Origin: a virus
Virus record (IMG/VR): IMGVR_UViG_3300011258_001374
Span: 1-64,000 of that record
DNA: 64,000 nt
Direction: 5' to 3' (one strand)
Below, in pieces: positions 43,853-54,100 of the stretch. The notes below the pieces were generated by a model. That model saw nothing but the letters and a program-made list of their open reading frames with translations, made no database searches and was not told the DNA's origin. How positions within the stretch are numbered: the stretch's first letter is position 1; every line of letters starts with the position of its first letter. The position numbers and the translations under genes are program-made.

Positions 43853-45348
43853 TGCAGCTGATCGAACTTGGACAAGACTGGACTTTCGACTTCGCCGTGC
43901 GAACTGGTGATGGACCTCCGGAGGACGCGGACAGCCTTCCGACGGTACCTAACACCAAAACTCAGGTGGATGGAGTGCAGACGGCGCTCACCGCCACGGT
44001 TACGCAACTCGAGGACAACACCGCAACAGACATTCCTGGCCTGTATCAGGTCGCCGTGGACATCTCTGGGCGTTCGGTCAACGAAGTCATAACGGTTGTT
44101 GTCGATGTGACTCTGGACTCGGTGAATCAATCCTCCGTGTTCACGGCAACGATCGTCCCTGCCCAGCGGGGGACGGACAGTGCCAATACGGTTGTTCCGC
44201 TGGCCGCGGCTGTGGATCAGGCGGAACATGACGCAACTCAGGCGGACATCGCCGCGCTCAACGATCTTGCGATTGCCGACGTGCAGACTGCCATGACTAA
44301 CCAGGGGTACACCTCTGCGCTGGCGACAGAGCTTGACGGGCTCGACCCGAAGCTGACCGCGGCTCTCTACTCGGACGGGATCTTTATCGATCTGACCTCA
44401 GGTACTGCAGGCACGGGCGCTTTGGTTGGAACGCAAGCGCTGCCATCAAGCAACATTACGGATGCGATCACGATTGCTGCTGCTCAAGGGCTGACAGTGT
44501 TCAAGTTCGTTGGGTCTATCGGATCGCTGTCCTTTAGCTCTGCGAATATCACCGCCTTGAATACGATCGGCCCGCGCTTCCTTGCTCTTACTCCCACGAC
44601 CGTCGACTTCTCCGCCACTGGTGCTCCACACACGTTAGGTACTTGGTCGTTCGAAGGCCCCTTCCAGATTGACACAGCGAACGTCGGAATCATGCTGGTT
44701 GTCGATTTTCGAAACATCGAATCTATTGACGTGGATGCAGCAACTGCGCTGTGGGAAGTGGACATTTTTGGTTCACGGGTGTTCGGAAATATCAATCGTC
44801 TGAACTCCTCGGCGCGAAGCATCCGACTGATCAACTGTTTCTCAGCGGAAGATGCAACGCTCACTGTATCCGCTCCCACGTTTATTTCTGATTGGGAGTT
44901 TCAGACCTATCGATGGGTGGGAGATCTGTTCTTGGAGGGATTTGTTAATCCAGGTGTTGGAGTTGACGCCACCATCGACATGCTAGGCGGCACGCTGAAC
45001 GTTGATGCCACCAACACGGAGGCCGATCGCATTCGAGTCACGGGCATCGGGAACGTCACGGGAGCTGAGGCTGCGAACGTGCAGGACGACCGAGTCACCA
45101 TTCCATCGGCATCTGATATCTCAGACTCCGTCTGGCAGGCCGTTCTTTCGACGGTGTCCGCAGCGTCAGGCGACGCGGCCGAAACCCTTCGAACGCTGGA
45201 GAAGATCTTCACGAACGATGCTACTGTCGTCGACATCGGTGGTGGAATCAATCAGGTGACGGTCTTTGACGACGACGGAACGACTGTGCTGCGTCGAATG
45301 AACGTGTCTGCTGATGGCCTGACCCGAGATGTGATCGTAGGAGGATAA
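43849..45348 (+). CDS. large structural protein (fibre/beta-rich candidate)
   Basis: 499 aa, Thr/Ala/Val/Asp-rich, low-complexity beta-like stretches. Confidence 0.45.
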   Translation: MMQLIELGQDWTFDFAVRTGDGPPEDADSLPTVPNTKTQVDGVQTALTATVTQLEDNTATDIPGLYQVAVDISGRSVNEVITVVVDVTLDSVNQSSVFTATIVPAQRGTDSANTVVPLAAAVDQAEHDATQADIAALNDLAIADVQTAMTNQGYTSALATELDGLDPKLTAALYSDGIFIDLTSGTAGTGALVGTQALPSSNITDAITIAAAQGLTVFKFVGSIGSLSFSSANITALNTIGPRFLALTPTTVDFSATGAPHTLGTWSFEGPFQIDTANVGIMLVVDFRNIESIDVDAATALWEVDIFGSRVFGNINRLNSSARSIRLINCFSAEDATLTVSAPTFISDWEFQTYRWVGDLFLEGFVNPGVGVDATIDMLGGTLNVDATNTEADRIRVTGIGNVTGAEAANVQDDRVTIPSASDISDSVWQAVLSTVSAASGDAAETLRTLEKIFTNDATVVDIGGGINQVTVFDDDGTTVLRRMNVSADGLTRDVIVGG

Positions 45349-45349
45349 C

Positions 45350-45763
45350 TTGAGCGCGCCGTTCGACTACAGTGTCCTGAAGACCGCCGCTGACGACTTG
45401 ATCGATCAGTTCGGTGAGGCTGTGACTCTGCGTCGTGCTTCGACTACCGCCGCCGATCCAACCAAGCCCTGGGAGGGGCCAATTGCGTCGGACGCGAACA
45501 CTCAAGCCATCAGCGCCAAGGCGGTGTTCTTCGACCTCAGCAACGATCCGTTCACGACCACCGGCGCCGGCATCGGCCGCGGGTCCACGCCTGTAGAAGA
45601 GCATCGCGCTCGAGTTCTGGTGCAGGCCGTCACGGCCCTGCCCGAAGAGGTCGGCACGGATTGGCTCATCGACCGCGCTGGGCGTAAATACGGGATCACG
45701 GCGTCTCGCCCCCAGAACCCAGGCGGCACGCTGCTTTACTACGAGATGGTGGTGCGAGTATGA
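45350..45763 (+). CDS. putative head-tail connector/adaptor
   Basis: 137 aa between head and tail genes; overlapping start/stop with neighbours. Confidence 0.4.
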   Translation: MSAPFDYSVLKTAADDLIDQFGEAVTLRRASTTAADPTKPWEGPIASDANTQAISAKAVFFDLSNDPFTTTGAGIGRGSTPVEEHRARVLVQAVTALPEEVGTDWLIDRAGRKYGITASRPQNPGGTLLYYEMVVRV

Positions 45764-46212
45764 GCAACATTTCTCCTCGCGCCGCTCAGGACGTGCTCTT
45801 CACGGCGTTCGCCGCCTATTGGGAGCCGCTCTTCCCTGAGGTCCCGATCGCGTATCCGAACTCCAGTTTTGATCCGGCCGCGCTCGTCCCCGACGAGACC
45901 GACGCCTGGGTGAGGGTTTTTAGCACCGGGTTCACAGATTTTGGCCACGTCCCGTACTCAGGATCGGTCGAGACGAACTTTTTCCAAGAGCAGGGCCGGT
46001 TCACCATCGAATCCTACGTTCGCCAAGGGCAGGGGCTCGCGCAGGTCAACGATCTCGCATTCGCCGCTCAGGGCTTTATGGATGGATCTCGGGTGGCCGA
46101 TCTGATCTTCAGCAATCGCACCGCGGCGCAGCACGTCGGCGGTGACGGCGCTTGGTATCAAGTGATTCAGGCCGCCGATTGGGTATACTTCACTGACAGG
46201 GTCGCTCCGTAA
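45760..46212 (+). CDS. putative head-tail joining/tail terminator
   Basis: 150 aa; position. Confidence 0.4.
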   Translation: MSNISPRAAQDVLFTAFAAYWEPLFPEVPIAYPNSSFDPAALVPDETDAWVRVFSTGFTDFGHVPYSGSVETNFFQEQGRFTIESYVRQGQGLAQVNDLAFAAQGFMDGSRVADLIFSNRTAAQHVGGDGAWYQVIQAADWVYFTDRVAP

Positions 46213-46236
46213 CTCGGACCGGCCGGGAGGATTTTC

Positions 46237-47349
46237 ATGCCTGTTGAATCACGGCCTTCTGACGCGTTCACGAAGGACAATCTACTTATCGGTTTCTCGG
46301 TCGTCGAGTTTACTCCGGCGCTGTCCGGCGGTGGATTCGGAACGCCCGTTCAGGTCGGCATTCTTGCTGGCGAGGAACTGCAAAAGGAAATCGAAGTGCT
46401 GCAGCTGCAGCGCGGCGACTCCGGAACTCTGACCGTCGATCGCGAGTTGATCTCGTCCATCGAAGTCACGTTGCAGCTCGAAGTGTTCAACTTCCGAGCG
46501 GACATCGCTGCCCTCATCTTCGGATCGACCGACGGTGTTGCGGTCTCGTCCAACCCCGCACTCGGTGTTGTGAACGAGCAGTTCACGATTCCGAATAACG
46601 GAACCGACTCCGAGCGCACGTTCGTCGATCTTGCAAATGGCGACATCGACGAAACGACTTTCGTTGGCACGTCGGTCACCTGTGACACGCGCACGGATGA
46701 AGCGGTCGCTACGGCAGACGGCACTCTGGGCGACGCCTCGGGCGACTACGCACTCGACTACAAGCCGCTGGCAGTAGGCGACGTCACGTCCGTCACCGTC
46801 GGTGGTGTGGCCTTCACGCCGATCGCGGTCGCCGCGGCTGCCTCGGGCAATGAGGTCGAAGTCGTTGTTGGTACGGGTTCGACTTCGGGGAACCTTCAGT
46901 TCTTCGTCGGTGGCGTTGCTGCGAATGTGACCGGCGCGATTCTCGCGACGTACACGCCCAGTCACGCGTTTGCGAACCTCACTGACTACGTGGTCGATCC
47001 CCTCCTGGGCCGAATCCGAATGCTCAATGTCGGTGCGGCGACGGACGCGCTCAAGGGCGGACAGCCCATGCTGGCCGACTACAGCTACGACCAGAAGTCC
47101 GCGGTGAACCTGAAGCCCTTCACGCGTACGCAGGTGGACGGCAAGGTGACGATCAAGCATCTCACCGACATCGGCGTCAACTTCATCTGGACGGTCCCGA
47201 GCGCAACGATTCTCATCACGGACGATGCTCTCACCTTCGGCGCGGAGGAGTTCGGCACGGCAACGCTGGCGCTGAACATCAACGATGCTGGCGGAACGGA
47301 CCGATTCGGTACTCTCGAACTCTCGAGCGAAACCGAAGCAGGAGCGTAA
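46237..47349 (+). CDS. putative major tail protein
   Basis: 370 aa, immediately upstream of the tail-chaperone frameshift pair. Confidence 0.45.
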   Translation: MPVESRPSDAFTKDNLLIGFSVVEFTPALSGGGFGTPVQVGILAGEELQKEIEVLQLQRGDSGTLTVDRELISSIEVTLQLEVFNFRADIAALIFGSTDGVAVSSNPALGVVNEQFTIPNNGTDSERTFVDLANGDIDETTFVGTSVTCDTRTDEAVATADGTLGDASGDYALDYKPLAVGDVTSVTVGGVAFTPIAVAAAASGNEVEVVVGTGSTSGNLQFFVGGVAANVTGAILATYTPSHAFANLTDYVVDPLLGRIRMLNVGAATDALKGGQPMLADYSYDQKSAVNLKPFTRTQVDGKVTIKHLTDIGVNFIWTVPSATILITDDALTFGAEEFGTATLALNINDAGGTDRFGTLELSSETEAGA

Positions 47350-47451
47350 ATCGCTAGCCCCCCTGGCGAGGGGCGGCGCTGGTAGCCACTAGGCCGACCG
47401 GTGTCGCCCCATCTGTTGTTATTCAATACCCCGAAATATCTCGGAGATACT

Positions 47452-47913
47452 ATGAGCGAAGGTACGACTAGCCACCCAGCAACCCTGGACGTGGCTGTCC
47501 TGAATGGCGAGCGCCACATCACCGTCCGAAAATGGAAAATGCGAGATCGTGCGACGCTTCGTCCGCGGTTGGTCGCTCTTTTTCAGAAGCTTGTCGAGGT
47601 CCAAGGAACTGCCCTTAACATGGGCATGACTGACATCTTCATGCATGCCGAAGACGAGTGTGCGGAGATCGCACGGGCGTCCTGCAGCGTGCCGGAAGAC
47701 ATCGAATGGGATGATCTCGATTGGGAAGATCTCCCTGACATCGTGCAGGCTGTGTGGACGCTTAACGTCGCCAGCCCCAACGGTGGTGGTTTGGTGGGAA
47801 AAGTCGGAAGCCTGCTCGGACCACTGTTGTCGACGACGGAGACCGAGAACAAGCCGAGTGGGCAGGACTCTGTTTCCTCGCCCGCCGGTGGGGAACAGTC
47901 CCCGAGCGCTTAG
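47452..47913 (+). CDS. tail assembly chaperone (G-like), upstream partner of the predicted -1 frameshift
   Basis: 153 aa from ATG with GGAGA RBS; slippery GGGAAAA at 47796-47802; the -1 frame stays open to 48182. Confidence 0.45.
   Translation: MSEGTTSHPATLDVAVLNGERHITVRKWKMRDRATLRPRLVALFQKLVEVQGTALNMGMTDIFMHAEDECAEIARASCSVPEDIEWDDLDWEDLPDIVQAVWTLNVASPNGGGLVGKVGSLLGPLLSTTETENKPSGQDSVSSPAGGEQSPSA
47796..47802 (+). other. candidate -1 programmed frameshift heptamer G_GGA_AAA (X_XXY_YYZ)
   Basis: Zero-frame codons GGA AAA; after a -1 slip an open 127-codon extension (SRKPARTTVVDDG...LNRGELDK) ends at 48182, giving a GT-type fusion. Confidence 0.4.
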
Positions 47914-48178
47914 TCTGTGAACTAACAGACGAACAGTTTAACGCTGCTCTTGAGATCGAGGTCAAAGCCCAGGGGCAGGAGTTCGCAATCGCGGCGTTCG
48001 GCACCCAGGCTGCTGTCGCGGACTTGCTTGCGTCGAAGGGCAAGGGCAAAGCGATGAAGACATTCCTCAAGTCGATCGGCGCCGGAAACAGCGAAACGGG
48101 GGTAAACACCCACAGTTCGGAAGGCGCAGAGCTTGGACGGCGAATTAAATCGCTGCTCAACAGAGGGGAGCTGGACAA

Positions 48179-48571
48179 ATGAAAACCCACGTTCTCGAGT
48201 TTCACAACGAGGACCGGGGCGAGCTGATCAAGATGACGGTCGGCGCCGGGGATCCAGACTTGAACGAGTTCTACCGCGCTGCAGCGATGAACTATGTCCA
48301 TCCCCGAGCGCTGGCCATGCAGCTCGGTCGCGTCTCTGAAGAGGACATGACGGAGATCCAGATGCGGGCGTACGCCTGCGGTGTGGTGATATCCACAGAG
48401 CCAGAGATGGACGAGCAGGAAGTCTTCGAGTGGTTCAAAAACAACCCGAAAGAGTTCGGTATACTGTTCGAAATCGCAGACTGCAGAGAGAACTTCGAAG
48501 AAGATGGCGATTCGGACGAACATGGGGCGCACGCAGCGCCGGTTGGATCGGGTAGCGAAGGGTCTGGGTGA
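48179..48571 (+). CDS. acidic hypothetical protein
   Basis: 130 aa, acidic C-terminus (EEDGDSDEHG). Confidence 0.35.
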   Translation: MKTHVLEFHNEDRGELIKMTVGAGDPDLNEFYRAAAMNYVHPRALAMQLGRVSEEDMTEIQMRAYACGVVISTEPEMDEQEVFEWFKNNPKEFGILFEIADCRENFEEDGDSDEHGAHAAPVGSGSEGSG

Positions 48572-48929
48572 CTTCGTTGTCGGGATCGAGCGCAATATCA
48601 TCGACGAGGTGGCAACCGAAGTCGTACTGCGCACACCTGTGGACACCGGCTTCGCTCGCGGAAACTGGATCCCTGGGCTGAACTCTCCTGCGATTGCGCC
48701 AGTGACAACTCTCGATCCTACAGCGCAGGCGTCGCCCGCTCGGATCACTGCGCTCGCTGCGTTTATTCGTATCGGTGACACGTTCTACATCACTAACAAC
48801 GCTGAGTACATCGCGTTGCTGGACGCGGGGTATTCTCCTCAGGCAGCTGCGAACTACATCGCTCGTGCCGTGTCCACTGGTGTTAAGCGTGGCATCGCCA
48901 AGTCCAGCTCACTGCGGGTGAGCGCCTAA
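48504..48929 (+). CDS. HK97 gp10-like tail component
   Basis: ITNNAEYIALLDAGYSP matches the TNN.EYA..vE.G signature of the HK97 gp10 family. Confidence 0.45.
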   Translation: MAIRTNMGRTQRRLDRVAKGLGDFVVGIERNIIDEVATEVVLRTPVDTGFARGNWIPGLNSPAIAPVTTLDPTAQASPARITALAAFIRIGDTFYITNNAEYIALLDAGYSPQAAANYIARAVSTGVKRGIAKSSSLRVSA

Positions 48930-50899
48930 TGGTCACAGAAAACATCAACATCGTCGTCACGACTCGTGGCGCCCGAGTTGCTTCGACGCAGATCCGCGGG
49001 ATCGGTCGCTCCAGCCGTGTGGCTTCCCTTGCAGTCCGCGCACTGGGCGTCGCTCTCGTCGGCCTCGCTGGCGGTGCCACTGTTGGTGCGCTCTTCCGAA
49101 TCTCCGACGCTGCGACCGAGGTCGGTAACCGCATCCGGACCGTGACCTCTTCGACGGAGGTTTTCATCTCCGTCCAGGATCGCCTCTTCGATTCAGCTTC
49201 CCGCACGGGCGCCTCGATCGAAAGCACGTCCCGTCTGTTCCAGCGTCTGACGGTCGGTACTCGCGACCTGGGCGTCGGCACCGCTCGCGTCATCAATGTC
49301 GTTGACGGCCTGAACGCGGCCCTTGTGGTCTCGGGCTCGACGGCTCGAGAAGCCGAAGCCGCGCTCTTGCAGCTCGGTCAAGGTCTCGCGTCCGACAATC
49401 TATCCGGCGAAGAACTCCGCTCTCTCCGTGAGAACCTGCCGCAGCTCGCCCAGGGACTCGCCGACGAGCTGGGCGTGGGCATTGGCGCGCTGAAGGAACT
49501 AGGCCGTCAGGGACAGCTGAACGCCGAGACCGTCTTCCCTGCGTTGGAACGTGCCATCGCTCGCTTCCAGGGGCAGTTGGCTAACGGCGACGTGGTCTTC
49601 ACTTTCGCCCAGGCGTTCAATGCCGTGCGGAACGAGGTCGTCAAGTTCTTCGCGATCATCCAGCAGGCTGGTGGCGCGACACAGGATCTGAACAAGTTCA
49701 TCTTCGACTTCGCAGACGGATTGGCGGAGCGGCTCGTCAACGCGCTCGCGAACGCCATCGACTTCGTCGCGACGCTTATCGACAACTTCCAGGCCTTCCG
49801 CGCCAACATTGGAGGGTTTGCTGCACCGCTGAACGCCCTGGGCGAAGCGTTCTCCTTCATCGGCAAGGCCGGTGTCGTTGCGATCCAGAGCCTGAACACT
49901 GGCTTCGTTGCGTTCCTACAGACGATCGCCGAAGGCAACCGGCTACTACAGCGGTTCCTGCGCGTCCTCGGTCTCGCGACCGACTTCGACGTAGACCTTG
50001 CTGACGCAACGGCCGCAGCGGCTGCGGAAGACACGGCGGCTGCGTTCGAGGGACTCGGCGAAACGATCTCCAACTTCAGCGAGGCTTCGTTCATCGAACT
50101 AGCGTCAGGTGTTGACGCGGTGGGCGCCTCTGCGACTCGTGCAGGAGATCTGGTTCGTGACGCAGCAAACAGCTTGCGAAATGCTGCTTCGGCGCCGGCT
50201 CTCGCAGATGACCCGCCGGCTGCTCCACCTGATTTCTTCGAGCGAGCTGCTGCCCGCACTGACGACATCCGAGCGGAGCGCGGAGCCGAAGAGATTCAGA
50301 TTCCCGCTGGCTTGGCGTCGGGCATTCGAGATTCGTTCGGCCAAGGATTTGCGGAAGCGATCAAAAATGGGGGCAACGTCTTCGACCTGTTCGCCGAGAA
50401 CCTGCAAGATGCTGCGGACAACGCGCTGATCGAGGGATTCCAGACCGCATTTGACACAGTCGAGGGGCTGATGGCCGAGGCCTTCGAGTCCGCAGGCAAA
50501 GCGCTTGAGGGCGTGCTGCCTGACGCGGTGAAGGGCATTGGCCCAGTGCTGACGGACGTCATCGCTGGCGCTGTCCAGTTCGTCGCCCTGCAGGCGCTGT
50601 CCGCACTCCTGGGCGGAGGAGGCAACGAAGAATCGTCCTCGAACGGAAACATCGCTTCGGCTGTCACGAGCACGCAAGCAGTGCGCGGTATTGTGGCAGG
50701 TCCGACTGAGATCGCGATTGCGAACGTCGGCCAGAACATTGAGCAGGCGTTCCAGCCCATGCTGGAGGAGACGCGCTCGCAAACTTTGGTCCTACGCGGT
50801 ATTCTGACCGCCGTCCGAGGCGGAGGCTCCGCGGGTGGCGCTGGTGCAGGAGATACCGCAGCGCTCGCCTTTGGTAGCGCGCCTCTCTCAACCACATAA
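48929..50899 (+). CDS. tape measure protein
   Basis: 656 aa Ala/Gly/Leu-rich helical protein after the chaperones; ATG overlaps upstream stop (TAATG). Confidence 0.7.
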   Translation: MVTENINIVVTTRGARVASTQIRGIGRSSRVASLAVRALGVALVGLAGGATVGALFRISDAATEVGNRIRTVTSSTEVFISVQDRLFDSASRTGASIESTSRLFQRLTVGTRDLGVGTARVINVVDGLNAALVVSGSTAREAEAALLQLGQGLASDNLSGEELRSLRENLPQLAQGLADELGVGIGALKELGRQGQLNAETVFPALERAIARFQGQLANGDVVFTFAQAFNAVRNEVVKFFAIIQQAGGATQDLNKFIFDFADGLAERLVNALANAIDFVATLIDNFQAFRANIGGFAAPLNALGEAFSFIGKAGVVAIQSLNTGFVAFLQTIAEGNRLLQRFLRVLGLATDFDVDLADATAAAAAEDTAAAFEGLGETISNFSEASFIELASGVDAVGASATRAGDLVRDAANSLRNAASAPALADDPPAAPPDFFERAAARTDDIRAERGAEEIQIPAGLASGIRDSFGQGFAEAIKNGGNVFDLFAENLQDAADNALIEGFQTAFDTVEGLMAEAFESAGKALEGVLPDAVKGIGPVLTDVIAGAVQFVALQALSALLGGGGNEESSSNGNIASAVTSTQAVRGIVAGPTEIAIANVGQNIEQAFQPMLEETRSQTLVLRGILTAVRGGGSAGGAGAGDTAALAFGSAPLSTT

Positions 50900-50914
50900 C
50901 AGATAGGAATACAA

Positions 50915-51130
50915 ATGACTCCAGCCACAGAACAAGCAATTGGAAATATTGAACGACACCTCGACCGCATCGCGACCTGCATGGAAACGCGATTGGAACT
51001 TGACCAGAAAGCGGCCGATCCAGCGATCATTCAGGAGAAGATCCAAGAGGCAGTGATGTCCATCTTCTCCGGCAACCCCCTTCTCTCCGGAGTGCTGACC
51101 GGCGCGACGACATCAAAGGCTGGAGGCTGA
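50915..51130 (+). CDS. hypothetical small protein
   Basis: 71 aa downstream of tape measure. Confidence 0.35.
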   Translation: MTPATEQAIGNIERHLDRIATCMETRLELDQKAADPAIIQEKIQEAVMSIFSGNPLLSGVLTGATTSKAGG

Positions 51131-51134
51131 TACC

Positions 51135-52925
51135 GTGCCGCTGGAATTAACAGAGCTTCGTGACCTTCGAACTTTCGTGCAAGACTTCGCGAATACTATC
51201 ATCGTGCGTGATGCTCCGATTGCTCGAAACGATGTCTCTACCGGCTGGAACATGGCTATCGCGGATGGATCAATACGAGCCTTGGCTACGATTGGGGTGT
51301 ACGATCAAATTCGTGATCGGTACATGTTCGTTATGCGTGCTGAAAAGCGTAACTCGTTGGGCACAATTTTGTTGGATCAGTGCGTGTACATGCGAGACGC
51401 GTTGTGTCTGAACAGCAGCGTAGGCTGGTATCGCGCCATGAACGGTGTTCAGATTCCGTCCATTAACGGTCGTCTCAAGGCCGGTCAGCCAAATCTCCAA
51501 ACCGGTGAGCAGAAGTTTTACGGCTTCAACGCCGGAGCTTCTTTTCGACATTTCGAAATTGATGCGCTAACAGGAAACGTGGTCGCCGGTGATGTGTGGC
51601 CCCTTTTTCTAAATGACTTCATCACGTCTGGACCTTCGACAGGAAACGCCGGCTTCTACACGGTGTCTAACTCGACCCTTAATATTTGGCAGGCTTGTAT
51701 TTTCGAAGGGATCACGGACAGCACGGGCTATGACGAGATTGTTCGTGGTGGGAACTCTCACCCGAAAGGACTAGCACTAGTTCTATGTGAGTCAACCAAC
51801 CTCGATGGAGGACTAAATACAGGTAAGCGATGGGGCTGGCTTGATCTGGATAAGAACGAGCTGGTAGGATTTATTCCTTTGCCGACTAACTCGGACAGTA
51901 CTAGCACTCAAGACTTTGCGGAAGCCACGATCGACGGTCGAGAATTCAACTGGCATCGCCTGCAGTTCATCGCAGATGAGGGATCTACTTTCGCTCAGCC
52001 GAAGGGTGAGCTGCACGTCACAAGCGACGCATATAGCTCGAACAACAACCTGGAACGTGAGAATGTGACGATCGACATTCCGAGCGGAGGAACTTTCGTC
52101 AGCAGCGTGCAACGAAACTACGTCACGGTCTACGACTTCAACCCGTTCAACGTGCAGACAGGAACCGTTCGAGTCCACAACCGCCGTACCTTCCTGGGCA
52201 TCGTCGATAACCCACAGGAACCGATCTTTCCCGGTGGGCCGGACATGACCGGCATCGACGACATCACCAACAACCGGTGCGTCAGCCTTGTGTACCATCC
52301 GCCCTCCCGGACGTACACCAGCGTAGTCAGCCGAGCCTTCGCGCATCCGAACGACAGCGATGACGGTCCCGTGTTGACCTATTCGCGAATCGCGCGATGG
52401 CGTCGATCGGTCGTAACTGATCGTCTGAGTCAGCCCACGGTCACGAGCGTGGCGACGGAAAATCGCAGCGTTCGAGTTCGCGTCCTTGCGTTCACGGATC
52501 TGGCTGCTCGTGCAGTCGGGGTCGGGATCAACTTCGCGTTGCATCGGCTGTCCACCCGAGCGGAGTCTTTCGACGGGACCGCCCTGGGCGCAGGCACCTA
52601 CACTGTGGAGGCTGATGAGATTGATGACGACGGGTTCCACGAAGTACGCTCTGGTAACGACGTGGACAACGGAGGCACGCTGCTAGTCGAGACCACAGAC
52701 TACACCGTCAACTATGCGACTGGTGTTCTAACTCCCGTGGGCTCCTGGCCTACGGATACGATCTACGTCCGGTATCGGCACCGGAATGTCCAGCTGACGC
52801 CTGCACACGGAACGTTGCTGACTAGCGGTGGCGTAACAGATGGAGACGGACAGACGTTTGCGTCAGTCCGATACGGAAGCAACGTCGAAGGCGAGATCGA
52901 CGGCATCGTGGCGACCTCAACGTAA
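51135..52925 (+). CDS. tail/baseplate structural protein
   Basis: 596 aa directly after tape measure. Confidence 0.45.
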   Translation: MPLELTELRDLRTFVQDFANTIIVRDAPIARNDVSTGWNMAIADGSIRALATIGVYDQIRDRYMFVMRAEKRNSLGTILLDQCVYMRDALCLNSSVGWYRAMNGVQIPSINGRLKAGQPNLQTGEQKFYGFNAGASFRHFEIDALTGNVVAGDVWPLFLNDFITSGPSTGNAGFYTVSNSTLNIWQACIFEGITDSTGYDEIVRGGNSHPKGLALVLCESTNLDGGLNTGKRWGWLDLDKNELVGFIPLPTNSDSTSTQDFAEATIDGREFNWHRLQFIADEGSTFAQPKGELHVTSDAYSSNNNLERENVTIDIPSGGTFVSSVQRNYVTVYDFNPFNVQTGTVRVHNRRTFLGIVDNPQEPIFPGGPDMTGIDDITNNRCVSLVYHPPSRTYTSVVSRAFAHPNDSDDGPVLTYSRIARWRRSVVTDRLSQPTVTSVATENRSVRVRVLAFTDLAARAVGVGINFALHRLSTRAESFDGTALGAGTYTVEADEIDDDGFHEVRSGNDVDNGGTLLVETTDYTVNYATGVLTPVGSWPTDTIYVRYRHRNVQLTPAHGTLLTSGGVTDGDGQTFASVRYGSNVEGEIDGIVATST

Positions 52926-54100
52926 TGGGCTTCAACGGTTTCGAGACACGTTTCTGCTACACAAATAAGACGACGTCGGGTACAGTGGCGAACGACCCGG
53001 ACAACGCCTTGGGCGGATTTCCGCCTTCGGTTGCCCAGGCGCTGAACTCCGAGCCGTACCGGTCAGAGACTTTGGATGCGACATCCACAGAGCTGACGGT
53101 AGTTACCGACACGGAGACGGATGACGGTGGCGGAGGAACAGACCCGGAGGTGGGCGATTGGTTCTTCATGGCCAACGGCCCAGCTGGGGGGAGCTACGGC
53201 AAAATCACGGCTGTCGATTACGGCACGGGCGCGATCACATTGGACCGCGCCCTTAGCGCACTGCCACAGAGCGGTGACGGATTCCGGACCAGCAAAAAGA
53301 ATAACGTCTTTCCGGACGTGACGGCCGATGAATCGATTGCTGGAACAGAGGACTTTCGAACTCTATGCCTCTACCACGCCGATGGCACGCTGCTCGCTCC
53401 TTTCGATAATAATTTTCGGTTCTGGATTCTTCCGATTAAGCCTAACGGCTGTGACGTAAAGATTGTTGCGGGTGGTGACCCTAACAGTTTCTTCTTCATC
53501 GAAACGATGGCCGACGGAAAAACCAGCCCGTTCAATCTGTTCGGGAAGGTTGAGAGCGATAACGTCAACAACCTGAACGACATGGAGTTTGCCAACGCAA
53601 ACGAAGTTCGCACGACGCCTAGCCTCGCTACTCCTGACGGCGGCGGGGGAGATGCCCTCAACAACGACTTCCTTCCGATCTACCTGAATCGAGTCATTCC
53701 CCCCGGAGCGACATCAGGGGAATGCGTATTCGCGTTGATGATCGAGGTCGACGACGCTGTGGCTCAAGATGCTGGTGCAGATCCCAACCCGTTTGTTTCA
53801 GGCTTCATCTTCAGTTGGACTATTCCCCAGATCACCTACCAGACAACTCTGGTTCAGGACCGGTTGGCCTACACCCGTGGTGGCACACGAATCACTGCTA
53901 CAGTCACGGACACGAACGACGTGCCCGTTCCAAACCTGAACTGCTGGCTGGTAGTGCAGAGCGGACCGGGAACTATCAATACGGATTTTGAAGGTCTCAC
54001 TGACGCCAACGGACAGATCACAGGTATTTACAATTCACCTGACACAATTTCAACGGACCCAGTCATTCGGCTGGTGATTCCGTCGCATACGGGGTTTTAG
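52925..54100 (+). CDS. tail/baseplate structural protein
   Basis: 391 aa; TAATG overlap with upstream gene. Confidence 0.4.
   Translation: MGFNGFETRFCYTNKTTSGTVANDPDNALGGFPPSVAQALNSEPYRSETLDATSTELTVVTDTETDDGGGGTDPEVGDWFFMANGPAGGSYGKITAVDYGTGAITLDRALSALPQSGDGFRTSKKNNVFPDVTADESIAGTEDFRTLCLYHADGTLLAPFDNNFRFWILPIKPNGCDVKIVAGGDPNSFFFIETMADGKTSPFNLFGKVESDNVNNLNDMEFANANEVRTTPSLATPDGGGGDALNNDFLPIYLNRVIPPGATSGECVFALMIEVDDAVAQDAGADPNPFVSGFIFSWTIPQITYQTTLVQDRLAYTRGGTRITATVTDTNDVPVPNLNCWLVVQSGPGTINTDFEGLTDANGQITGIYNSPDTISTDPVIRLVIPSHTGF

Noticed and set aside
46282-48781. Minus-strand ORFs of 292 and 339 aa
   Set aside because: Antisense to the major tail protein and chaperone genes within a plus-strand structural operon that is otherwise continuous.
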